Position numbers and translations under genes: made by a program. Under the pieces are notes generated by a model that saw only the letters and a program-made list of their open reading frames with translations, did no database searches and was not told where the DNA came from. From Kudoa neothunni (Eukaryota; Animalia; Cnidaria): DNA of 64,000 nucleotides. The stretch spans positions 16,723,469 through 16,787,468 of the forward strand of contig OZ199838.1 in assembly GCA_964304625.1 (NCBI GenBank), given 5' to 3'. Of this stretch, positions 11,710-24,892 are shown in pieces (position 1 is the stretch's first letter; each line of letters begins with the position of its first letter).

Positions 11710-14700
11710 ATGTATTATTTTGAAGGATTAATAGTGCAGTTAGCCCTATATTTGATACTGTGTAAATTTTGCGTGTAGATTGGTTGAAAATCGGTAATAG
11801 ATTATATTTTGTAGTTTCAAAGTTCGAGTGTGAAGAAGAGCTCCATTTTAGTATTTTAAATGATGGCACAATGGAGTTGCAAACTAAGGGCGGAGATTAC
11901 TCCATTGATGACCAACTGTGTTATTTTCGATTCGGAGTAGAAACCGACGGTGGAGGATTTGAATTTGTCGACCTGCCCAACTGCCCCAATTCCAAAGAGT
12001 CGGATAAAGGAAAGTGTATTACAGATTGTTACAACGAAAGCTATTCCATACCTCCAGCTGTATTGCCAGCCAAGCTCAAATACATAAGAATAATATCGGC
12101 AAGCGATACGGAACTGTTGTTAAATTCGAAAGGAAAAATTCTCACTTTTTCCCTCAAAAGGGTTATCGGTATATTTTTTATATTGCATTTATTTGTATCT
12201 TCTCTCTTAAATTTGAAAATTTAAGAGTCGTTTTATAAAGTCGGCAATACACATAATTTAAACACCGTTTAAAAATTTTGGTAGCCCCCAAAAGAGGACC
12301 ATAATCATAAATTTTACCAATATAATAGAATTTAAAAATATTTCAATCATCCAATTTTAAATTTATATAATTTGAATGAAACATATTTATAATTAAAGTG
12401 TTATTCTGTTTTATATTTTTCGGGCATTCTTGCACTTATCATGTTTTTTATATTAACTCTCTAATGCAGGCAGGCAGGGGTTCTCAATCGTTTTTTCAAA
12501 TTTACCTCCTTAACTTGGAAGCCGAATCCATATTTACTTTAAGATTTTTTTACACCGGTTTAGCTATAGTAGAGGCTATTTGCAAGCTAAATTCTAAAAG
12601 GCATGTACACCTGTGCAATGACAATCTCTAATCCCATCAACTCTTATTCATAAGCTGTATACAGATTGGATTTTTTAAGTTTTGCCACATTAAATTATTT
12701 CTGACCCATCCTCCACTCTTAGGAACTATAATTAATTAGAAATACTCAAAACTAATGGCACTTGAATAATATTTACCATGAAAATAGTCATTTTAAGAAT
12801 TTCCGCCTAATTCTTATTGAGTTTAGCAGCCATGAATAATATGATTCCCTGGAAATCCTAAAGTACGTCACAAACACATAATGAAGTAATTTCCCACCGG
12901 TTGAGAATCCCTACTCTAATGTACTAAAAATTGGCTGCATCCCGATGAATTTTGAGGTAAAAAATTACACCATATTTTTATTTCTCCATTCAAACCATAA
13001 AAATTATCTGATTCCAGAAAATAAAAATAGACAAAATCCCAAAGCTATATTCAACTGTAAAATAACTAACATCCCCAGTAGTAATCCTCATAATCCTACG
13101 AAACCTGTATTCGTTAAAATCCGCCATGACAACTTTTGACTGAAGCTTAATTTTTTAATAGATTTCATATTTTTATCATGTAATAAATATTTTAATTTTT
13201 ATTTGCCCAACAAAATATAACATTTAATGAGAATAAGATTTTCAAACACTCAGAATGAATTTTGCAACGGTGTTTCGTAAATCTGAAACAAATAGTAGTG
13301 GGTTTCTCATCAATTTTCCGTAAACATCATTCAAACCTTGAAGACACTGTTCATTCATTTGGTGTGCTGAGTTATAACGAAATAGATAAGGTCGAGCTCG
13401 TAGGATTTTGGACTTCACGGATGTTTCTTTCCATTAATGGAAAGATATAGTAACTTTGCAATATTTTTAAAAACTCAATCCTAAGCGTATTATGTCCTGA
13501 AATTTTTTTTATGTAAAACGTATATTTAAATAATAACTCTATCAAATAGAAAAATCCCATTATAGGCGGTCATTACTGATTGTGGATTGACCTGAATTCT
13601 CAAAGTTTGCAATTTCGTCCGATTCTTACGGCATATCAGTTGTAACGTGTTCATAATCACTTTAAAAGAATTTGATTAATCATTTTAACTACTATCGGCG
13701 AAATCCATCTCCATTATCGCAATGATAAAATTAAAAAACAAAGACACGTGATCGCCTCTATTGGTAATAACCGTATAACTTTAAATTTATCCGTCAAATA
13801 AACCTAAAATTTTATTTATGTAATAATTATTATTTTATCTATCAGCTGGATTGAAAAAAATCTGGGGTAATTTTTTACCCTAACAAATCAATTGGAGCGT
13901 AAATTTGTAATAATTTTATATTTTTAGTTATAATATTTTAAAATAATATATTTCTCACCTTTTCGGATGACTATAAAAAACCCTTATCCTACGATGAGAA
14001 AACAAATCATATACAACCAAAAACTTTTTGTTGGTGTAAAAATTTATCCCAAATTCATTAGAGGGTTAATTATTCTTTTACAAATAATTCTTGCTTATTC
14101 TTATTCCGACTAGGTATATATCGTTGATTTTAGTTTATATATATTATATCGATGATCAATTATATTTTCTTGTTTGTAATTTGTTATCTGAATAAAATGC
14201 TTAATCATAGAAATTTTATTTAAAAAATTAGTCGAGCGACAAGGTGTCTTTAAATATAATGAAAAGTATTTTTACCAGTTTAAATGTCAATAATGGCCAG
14301 AGTCCTATAGTTGTGTCTATGCCAGGGAAGTTTCATCACATTTCTTATATATTAGCGCGATGAGTAAGTTTAAGACAATACAGTAAGGTCTCGATATTGC
14401 GTAGTAAACTGGGGCCTGAGCTTTTACCACCCAATATTGAGTTTTGCGCGTACGCGGAGTATCAATTTTTTATTTTTAAACAGAGGAATTATCTTTTTTG
14501 TTTTAATTATTCAATTAAGAATGTGAACAGCGTTAGTCTAACATTATAGGAACTTTTCTTATTTATTTCGCGAACTCTTGATCAAGATTTTAACATATCA
14601 AGGAGAGTTGAAGACATCTAGCCATGTTTATAAATTATATTTAACGGAAAAATCATTAATTTCTCTAAATTAGACAGTCTATAATGTGATGACAGGTTTT

Positions 14701-17700
14701 TTTATTGATTCATCTCTTTTTATTTTACTTTACTTATCCCTCATTGCATATGTTCGTTGAGTGCAGTGTTCATAAAAAATTATACCTAATCATAAACAAT
14801 CTTATCATCAACGCTCTCCGCTTTTCCACGGAGGGTGAATTTTTAAAATAAAAGCGATTTTTGAAATTTTCTAGCAAACCTTTGGTTCAATTGAAACCGG
14901 CGATTTTAAGATCATCAGTAAAAAGTTGTCTTTTCAGTAATCAAAAACTCTATAATATTTTTCTTTTTTTGGTATCTGACATTATCCGGCCATAAAACTC
15001 AATTTCAAGTTGGTAATATTTTGCACTCTTAATCCTTTTACGGTTTGAAGCAACGCTGGAGTTCATTGTATCAGATTAATTAGATACAATTCTATTAAGA
15101 GAAGAAAAACCTATTCTAATTTTGATAAAACGCACATTAACAGAATACATGATATTCTATGGCACTCTAGAGTCGTTTGTTGACGTTTTAGATTGATTTA
15201 ATGGAACCATAATATTGAATAATTACAATTTTCAATCAAAATTTCTTCCTCCTCTCACAATGCCAAACGTTCGAGTGTGAAATTTAGTGGATTGGTCGGA
15301 TTAAAATTTGAGGCAAATACTGCCCGATAGCAAGACCCTGAATTTTAAAAAATTGCGTCGAATAATGGTATTTTATATTGTTTAATTAAAAGATTATATA
15401 CATCGAAAAGTGTACAATGTTGATTACTAAATTTTGAAAAAATGTCAACTGCCCTATATGGAACCTTGCAATATCGAGAGCTTACTTTATTTAATTTGGT
15501 TAGAACGTATATCGTAGAATGTCTTATGAGTAATATTTTTGTGTCTTAGCTCAAGATACAGCCGAAATAATTTCTCGTCATACTATATTTTTATTCTAAA
15601 ATTCAAACTCATCATTTTAAATTTCATCCCGTTATAATTTATAACTTATAAATTAACAAGAATTAAATTTAAAAAGTTCCATCGAAAAACGGCGCGTACT
15701 GTATGTATAATCACATGATCTAATTAACTTGGTAATTTCCTGATTTAATTCAAAAAAATTTAGGAAAACTTTAGGTCGTTAAATTTTCAAAAATACTATA
15801 AAATGGATAATTTAATTTACCACAATATCAATACAGTGGTATGATATCTAAAGGTGAACCCTGATAGTCGACATGATCAACAAACAATATTACGTTTGAA
15901 TAAACTCCATACATAATTCAATAAAGTATCCGTATTATTCCTAATTCTTGTTTTATGCTTTTATTTCAACACTATATTTAACTTTGAGGTAAATTATTGA
16001 AATATTAAATTGATTTAAGCATTATGTATATGGGCCAGTGAATACAAAGTTTATGGCCAATTCGTATAATTAATGCAGAGAAATATAATTATTATATTTT
16101 CTCCATTTTTAGATATATATATTAGCTAATTCTCTCCCTATAATTTTTTTAAATTCTTGAAAAAATTGTTAATATGGCGTTTTTCCATTTAAACCTGTCT
16201 TATCCTACCACCATTCGATGTTATGGTAAAAAATTATTTTAATTGAGGTTTATTTAAATTATAAATGGTGTAATTGTTTATTAATATTATCATTGTTGAA
16301 TTCATATTTATATAAATATTTAATATTTATAATATTTTAATTTAGAAAATACAGTATTACCTGAAGTAGAGATAAAAACAAACAGCAATGGAAGAATGTG
16401 TTTAAAAATAAAAACTTGTCCTCCAAAGGAGTGTACAATAAATTATAAGGATTCTGTTCTGGAAAAGTTCAAAAAGGGGGATACATGCGATAATGAGTCC
16501 CGTGAGTGTACTCAATATAACAATTTCCTGCCATACTATGAGGTACATTGCCAAAATCTGCCCATAATAGTGTATAACAAAGTGAACAAATACACCAATA
16601 ATTTTGAAGGTTCTAAATTGCAATTCTATCCACAACGAACAGAAGATGAAAATGCTGTTCATTTGAAATTTCAGAATTCAATGCGAGGAGAAATGTGCTT
16701 GTTCAAGTATAAACAGGGTGTAAAGGTTGGAGATGTGAATGATAACACTTGTGCGTACCAATCCAAGTGTGGAAACATTGAAGGATGTTGCTACAGTTTG
16801 TGTGATGATGTTTTCCTCAACTTTGATTATTCTCCCCCTAGCTACATAAAAGTTGTTGTTTACACACGTTTCACCATTGGAGGGGCTAATCCGAAGGAGA
16901 TATGCAGTCAATGCATACCTCAAGATAAAGAAACCACCCACAAGGCTGATTTGGGTGAGTATTTTTAGTTTTTAAGAAACTAGAATTAGACATAATTAAT
17001 AATGTTAATTCTTTTCGGGGTTTTAGTGATGTCCAAAAATCTTGTCACAAACATCACTAAAAGTGGATTTAAAATGCATGCCGAAGAATTCAAACAAAAT
17101 TCAGACAGTTTTGTTTCTGAATGCAAAATGATGTATATGAAAGCAGACCAACCTGAACCGAATGAATTAGAACCTCTCCTGTGTTTGCCTAAGGGGAAAT
17201 GTAAAACCGAATGTGGCACACTGGATGTCTACGATTTGATGTCTGGAACCAGTTTTCTTGTTCGGATGTATGACCATGGGGTGACCAATGTGCCCGATGT
17301 TCGATTTGAATATTTTGTGGTGACAAGTAATATTTAGTGTTTAATTTGATTTTTCATCGAAAAAATAGAGCCAGCTTCAGAAGACTCAAGCAACAACTAC
17401 GACACATCAATACCACCTACTTCTACATATACTGGTTTTGTTGTTGGTCTAAATAATGCCAACGACAAAGTCACCAATCCATTAAAATATCCATCATGTA
17501 GGTATTTTGTGAGTGAGGCAGAGAAAGGTGCGTTCACCCCAGCAATGTGTGATAACCAAAGGTCATGCATGGGGTTTTGCAATGAACAGCTCACAATTGT
17601 TGGTCTAAAACACAGCCATACCTATGATATCAAGGTCGATTCAAATAAATATCTAGGTTCTTACTTATATAAAAACGTGAAAACATGTAAATCAATAGTC

Positions 17701-19897
17701 CTTATACCACAAATTTAGTCACTACTTTATATTAATTTAGTGTCAGTTAATGCAAAAATCACTTCCAGTTTCGAAGAAACCCAGCTCATCATTGAAGCTA
17801 GTTTCACATCTGAGGGAAAATCCATTCAAACGAAATGTGAATGGATTATCTACAATGTGGGTAACAGTGAACCCGTTGAGATATCACGTTGCACTCAAAA
17901 TCAAAATTGTGATCCACTCCCAGATTGTGGTTCTATTAGAATTGAAAATATCGACCCCAATGCTAAATTTGAGGTTCATGTCATTGTCCCCAAATTTGAC
18001 GATGAATTTATTCATTTAATTGATCCCTCTAGTAGTTGTGGTGAAATTTACAAGTAAATATTTTTGTTTTAGAAAACCTCCAAATATTCAAAACTGAATA
18101 CAAATACGAGGCGAATAAAAACTCCATTTCAATTGTGGGAACGATCCAACCAGAAAATGAATCTGCTATGTGTTCTATTCAATTGTTTGTTGCAGAAGAA
18201 AACAATAATGACTATGTAAAAGCTACAGAGTGTGATAGCACTGAAGACAACAGCTGTTTTTCTCCTCAAAAATGCTCAAAGATTGTTATCAACAAAGTTC
18301 TGCCAGCTAAAAAATATAAAGTTCTAATTACGGTAGCTGAAACCAAGTTATTTGCCGAAATTGTTCTCACAACAACCTCTTCAAGTACCGTCAAATTCGA
18401 CTAAAACCTTTTTTATTGTCTATTAGTTTTCGATAAATTTTAATGTTTATATAAAAAATAGATGGAAATGTTTCTCTTAGAAATAATAAGTTTTGAATAA
18501 ATAGATTCTATATTATTTTCGTGATTTTATTAACATTTAATATTTTAAAATTTTATAATAATTATCATGTTTATAATATCAAATAGTTGATGCGACATTT
18601 ACACACGAATACAATGAAAAACAGCTGGTGATTACCGGAAAACTGAATCCTGAATACGAATCCTCTAAATGTGAATGGGTTTTAAAGATTAAACAGAATG
18701 AAACACTCGAAGATTTCAAAAGTTGTAGCTCAGAAACTAAAAACAACTGCGACGAATTACCTCTATGCTCTTCGATTACAATTGAAGATGTTGAGCCCCA
18801 ACAAGACTATCAGATAGAAATAAAAGTTGAAGGGACGGACAAAAAATTTTACTACAACATTATAAAAGGTATTATTTAACTATGGACCCATTTTAACTAA
18901 AGTCTCGTCAAATAGTGCAATTGGAAAGCATATCATTTGAAATTTATCATCTGTATTATGGTGATGGTTTGTTGGTTGGCACCAAGACCGAACCCCCAAG
19001 TACACAGACGTTCAAGTGTGGCTGGATTCTCGAAGTAAAGAACGCAGATCAAACATATACTGCCTCGCAGAAATGTGTCGAAGATGATCTTGAAGCTTGT
19101 GGTGAATTTCCCTCTTGTGACAAAATATCTATTAAAAATGTGGATAAAAGGCAAAGTTATCGTTTGACAATTACTTACACGAGTTATTTGAATTCACCCA
19201 AAATCATCGACATTACACCAGGTTTCCAGTGTACCTTCTGTTGGAATATAATCTAGATTTTTAGGTAGCGGAAAGGGTTCACTTGAACTTCCTTACACGA
19301 TACATACCAACCAACTCTCAATCAATACGCAAATGTTTCCCGTGATTGACGATGCAAAATGTTCGTGGATGGTTGAAACTCGAAATGAGGATGACTCCTT
19401 TATTGTGGAAAAACAATGTTCAACAGAATCTACGCAAGATTGTGCAGAGTTACCTTATTGTAATAATTTAGCGATTCCAGAGTTAACAGGTGAAGCCACA
19501 TATCGTGTTACTGTCACAGTTGATGGCACTTCGCTCTCAAATAGCTTCACACTTGCAGTCAGCTCAACAGATGAACCCAATGAGGAGGATGAGAGTAATT
19601 ATTCAATGTTAACTCAATTCTTAAAACAATCTTTTAGAGTCGGATTTACCCAATGAAGCATCTAACGATATAAAGTATTTTTAGAACTGTACATGTCTAC
19701 TATTTATACTTTTTAGGTTAGGTAAAAGCGCCATTTTCATTATCATGTAATTTAATCAAATTATAATTCTTGCACTAACTTAAAATTAAAGTGGGGTTTC
19801 GGCAGGACTCTTACTAATGGCCATCACCTGTGTCATAATATGCATGAGGCGTAGCTCTCGTGGCGGTGATGGCTTAGTTATGAGTGACGAATATTAA
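11710..19897 (+). CDS. 1111-aa type I membrane protein with ~10 tandem 4-Cys FnIII-like modules
   Basis: Exons 11710-11761, 11815-12168, 16346-16954, 17027-17326, 17369-17686, 17741-18040, 18073-18384, 18587-18868, 18916-19221, 19265-19594, 19638-19674, 19717-19746 and 19792-19897. They total 3336 nt, are all GT-AG and stay in frame. Signal peptide MYYFEGLIVQLALYLILFSKFEC; TM AIFIIIGVSAGLLLMAITCVIIC; tail MRRSSRGGDGLVMSDEY. Joining exons 1-2 across the 4.2-kb intron is the least certain step. Confidence 0.85.
12467..12913. mobile_element. hAT (Buster/Charlie-type) MITE in intron 2 of the surface-protein gene
   Basis: TIRs caggggttctcaatcg / cggttgagaatcccta; perfect 8-bp TSD ctctaatg (12459-12466, 12914-12921); caggcagg stutter at the left end. 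Confidence 0.85.
14381..15487 (-). mobile_element. pogo/Tigger internally deleted element (copy 1)
   Basis: TIRs cagtaaggtctcgatattgc / gcaatatcgagagcttactt flanked by TA. Minus-strand remnant TKGLLENFKNRF...LRGKAESVDD resembles the CENP-B-type HTH (GWL..FK.R...GE..SVD). Confidence 0.85.
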
Positions 19898-22697
19898 TAT
19901 CGTTGTTTGGACGAGATACTATGGAATGAATCTATTTATGATTAGAAAATAAAAATACTTTGGTTTTTTGTTGATGTGTTCATTTATGTGGATTTTATTT
20001 TTTAGTCTTTATTTTTCTTCATAATTTATTTAAAAAATTTGTTAAATCTAATTATTTTAAGTATTTAAAGGGAAGATAAATAATTGGACAATAAGTTTTT
20101 GTTAGATGTGCTCATTCAGAGGTAAAAAATCTGGATGTATACTTACATTTCCTCTGATTCTTTTCCATGCGAATCATAATAAATTAAGAACAAACATAAA
20201 CTATAATTAACTAATATGGACGCAATTTTTTATTTTAAAATTAAATTTATTCGTTGGTAACCTTCCAAGAGGAAAATAAAAAATTGCTCAAAACTTCCAC
20301 ATCTAAACTGTACATTCATAATTAGCGCTTTACGACTGATCTTAACTCATACTCCATACGTATGGCAAATTGAAGTTCACTAGTGATTGCAAATCCAAAG
20401 AAAATGACTTTAAAATTATCCTTTATTGATCAATTTCGAATTCAAAAATTTTATTATACATTTTTTTAAGTAAACCATGAAGCAAGTATGAAACGAAATT
20501 CAATTAACGCCCAAATTAAGTTTTTTGTTGAATTATTTTAAATTTTAGTGCTCCAAATTGAAATCGATTTTCATCTAAAAATTACATAAACTAGAACTTT
20601 ATATTCAGCATTTGTTCGCGTGCTTACTTTCCTCATTTAATTTCTAAACTTATAATTCAACAACAACTACAACATCGAATCATTATGCGCAAGCGCGACA
20701 ATAATCATCTGATATTTTTCACTATAATATAATCATCTAGTACATTTATAAATTATTCAAATAATTAGCCAATGAAGAGCCTCTTCGTAACTCAATTACT
20801 TTTAACCCCGGCAAGAAATAAGTCTTAATATTTAATTTAATTCATTATCAGTTATATTTATTTTACCTGTACATACGTTTTCTCGTTACGATATAATTCT
20901 TCCTTTTATGTAATTTAAGTAGAAACAATTTACTGCCTAAAAATAAATCCGTTTTATATCTTCTTGTTGATAAAAGGTGTGGAGTTGTTCTCATAGTCGT
21001 AAAAAGAGTGGGAAAGAAAATGAGTCAGGAAGCGCTATATTAAATTATTCTGTTTAAATTTATAGATACATGAATTTTTCGAAACTCTTACAAACATTTT
21101 ATTCTGTGTGATAAAATATTTGAATCGTCACAAATAAGATTAATCTCATCGTCAAATTCGTCTAATATTAATTTATGTCAAACATTTCTTTGACCTCAAC
21201 ATTATTTGCACGACCTCTCTTAAGTTATTTTCAGATATTTTTCTAAATAAAATAACTTTACTTCACTCCCTATAAAACGAAATCAAAATATTTTATATTA
21301 TAATAATATAAAAAATATTTTCAACCATAATAACACCAAAAGAAGGATAATGTGTTTTCAGTTACGGGGTGATTGAAAATTTAAACTTTAAACAAATAGG
21401 GAGTCATCTGCGGTGCAGGAGAATAACGTGTGAAAATGCGGCTAATAAAATCCCATGTCACTTATCCTATCGCATATATGAGATTACTCATTTTGATAGT
21501 GATGTCGCTAATTAGATTCAAATATTCCATTCATTTTTTTACAGACCAAATATTTAATACCGGATTAAAAATTCTCCGATACCCACGGAACAATCTAGGT
21601 CCAACTCGAAGTTGTGAATATATATTTAAGTTTTTCTCGCGTTATCAAAAATGACATACATTTCATTAATCCATATAAAATGAGACTTATAATTAATCAA
21701 GTAAAATTATTTGACTCATTGTGAATTACAGGCACATTCGGGTTATTAGTCAGTCGGCGGTGAAAAATTACCAGGTTGATGACCTTTCGAAGCTTAGTTT
21801 TTCGAATACAATCAGCCCTATTCAATATTTTCAGAATTTTTGTACTCATCAATTCAACTCAATTAAAGTTCATTCGACACAATTTTATATATAATCTAAT
21901 AGAATGGTGAGAAGTCACAATAAAGCCAGGTTGCATTTATTGGATCGCCTATTAAGTTTATTCATAAGCTTAAACTCTCAAATATGAGGCTTGGCTTGAT
22001 ACTAATCTGACAGAATGAATCAATTTTTCTCGATCTCTATGAATGAATGAATGAATGAATCAATCAATCAACGAAACAATCCTCGAAGAATTATTGGAGT
22101 TTATTCGGAGTTAAGCATAGCTCAAAAAATATTTCGGTATTAACATCGATAAGTGATCTCAATACGAGGTCATTTAAAGCAAATAAAAAACGTCCATATA
22201 TATTTATTTATACGGATTATTGATTAATTGAAAATACTGTTCGAAACGACTTCTATAATATTAATTTTTTGAATGATCTTAATACAACTAACACATGTTA
22301 ACTGTTATGTTTGAATTGGTTTGTTCAATTGAATTATCGTAAAAAACGCTCGAATATTATTTGGACGTTAGTGCACACGCGCAAGCGCGGATGCTTTAAC
22401 ATAGTGTAGCTTTCGCTGTTAACTTTTATTATCACCAAGCCAAGGTAGGCATTGCCTTCATTTTTCTAGCCACTTGCTGTTACGCCTTAATATTGCTTTG
22501 AGTGTTTGCGATTAATTTTATCTTATCGGATTATACGTGTTCCATACATACTCATTAGCAATAGTAGTAAACTGTGAATATTGCTATTGGCAACTTGTTT
22601 ATCTCACTTTGATTGTGGTGTGGAATAGTTGTTGATTGAGTAACGATTGATTGAAACTATAAATTTCTCGTAAGCTTGCACGAAAACACGTGAAAAG

Positions 22698-24449
22698 ATG
22701 GACGACGAGCCACTTACTCAAATTAAAACTTTGGATCAATTCCAGGAGATATTCTCTACATGGAATGAACAATATAATGAGAAAATAGTGAGCGCAATTA
22801 GATAATGATTTGATTGGGAGAATTTGACTCTTTCATTTTTCTAGAAACAACAACTAAGCGTATATCATGAATCTATGATACAATTTAAAGAAGCCCAAAG
22901 AAAGATTGTTTCGGAGATAGGAAGTGGAAAACAAATGCTATCAACCTTCAAACTCAAATTCTCATCGTAATGCCAATCTACGATTCTCCTACTGTTATAG
23001 CTGATTGTGCATTTTATCGATTAGTTTGATAAAACCGTATAAACAAAAAAGTTCGAAAATTACGAACAATAGTAGTGATGATGTTTTCAATGACGAAATT
23101 TCCGGGCAAATAAATAATATCAGAGATTCCATCAAAAAAACCAACGAACTTCATGAGAGTATTCAACTAGTTCTACCGAAATATCCATCGTAAATAAAGT
23201 GCTTCTAGTTGAATGATTGTGATTTGATTTTTAGTTGGTTCCTGAGACAGTGTATTGGTGATGTGAATATTTCACTTTATTGGAAAAAGTGCGTTTTTCT
23301 ATTATTGCTATTAGCAAAAATTTAATTTTCAATCCCTCCTGTAGATTCAACTACAAAGAACGATATGAATCATTCAAATTCAACAGCAGCGTTATATTCC
23401 TAATATTGTGGTTTATGAATTGGATTTTCTTTCGAAATAGGTACAAATTAATCTCTATAAACTAATGAAATTAACGTTATATTTTTTATTCCACCATGTG
23501 AATCATTAACTAATGTAAAATCCATTTTAGATTTGTGGATAGCGTAATGATTGGCTATGCGATTTGGTTCTATAGCTCCTTGACCATTCAAGAGGGTATA
23601 CTTGTGGCAAATGGTTCACAGTAATCTATTTTGATATTTTATTGTTTGATTTTTATTGATTTTTAGTATAAAAGGTTGGTGGAGAGCACATCATTTCCTC
23701 GGGGTTCTTGCTGCTGGTTTGATGCTCTTATGGTATTATTATTGTTCAAAGAAAATTCAATTATGTTGATCATTTTAGGCCGCCAAACTCTACCTATGAT
23801 TCGATACGAAATATCCATTATATTTTTGGTTGTTTTCAAGGTAGTTGTCAGTGGATTCAGTTTAAATATTGTTAATTGTGTATAGCGATTATCCAGATGA
23901 TTCAATATCGTTATCAAAAAGCACAACTTTATCGAATCAACTCTTTTGGTCATGGAGTAAATATGGAAATCACCAATGGTATTGATACAAGCTTATGTAT
24001 ACAGTGTAATGAGCTTTTGTTGTAGAGGGTATCACAAAACAACTACTCATCGGTTTGTCTCTTATGACAGTGTGTTTATTCCTTCATTATGTAATATTTT
24101 TTATTTGTTTATTTATTGGTGCCGTTGCGATTTTCATGATGGATTTGGTATATTAGTGCACACAATTCTACTTTGCCTATCAAATCTACAAGATCTATAT
24201 AGTTCATGGCGGTTGGCAGGTATTTTATATAGAGATTAGTTCGATTTCGTTGATGAACTATTTTTGTAGTTTCTGCTACTGCTTTGCCTATACAGCATAT
24301 TTGGTGTTGGAAATCTGGTCACTTTGTTATCGGTTATGGTTTCCAAGATTACACACAAGGCTCCTGTTGCCCACCACAAAGAAGATCTCCGCAAGACGCT
24401 CAATCTCAGTCTTTCCGATTACGATAAACTAACCAAAATGTCAATATAA
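22698..24449 (+). CDS. TMEM120: TMEM120 family membrane protein
   Basis: Multi-exon model with N-terminal coiled coil, FNYKERYESFK, IWFYSSLTIQEGILVANGS, IKGWWRAHHF and IIQMIQYRYQKAQLYR. Stop at 24447-24449. Confidence 0.92.
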
Positions 24450-24892
24450 AAACGACTTATTTATTTTAAAATTTTGTTTTTTATAAAATTTTTTGTTTCT
24501 CATTATATTTAATTATGAATAATTCTATATAAATATCCAAGAATTGAAATACATACACACATGATGCCAAACAGCAACTTGGATTAATCTGTGCCTATAG
24601 TATACATATCAAAGCGTATAATGTTCTTAGATTCATTTTTAGAATAAACTTATAGTGTATTTTTTAATTTTACTGAAACCTTAAAATTTTAAGTTCAATT
24701 GCAGGATACTTTTAGCCTTTTTTATATTTGCCGTAGAGTTTGATATTCATCTGTATTGCTCTTGATATAGACATACAAATTTTTATTATACATTCTTATA
24801 AAATCAAATAAAGGTTAACTACATGATTATAATAAATATACATTTAAAAAATGTAATTAAAATGTTTCCATTTGGCAACATTGGGGTTAGAC

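Noticed and set aside
13200-13700. Mutator-like transposase relic
   Set aside because: Only one weak motif (NPQSVMTAY); insufficient to call.
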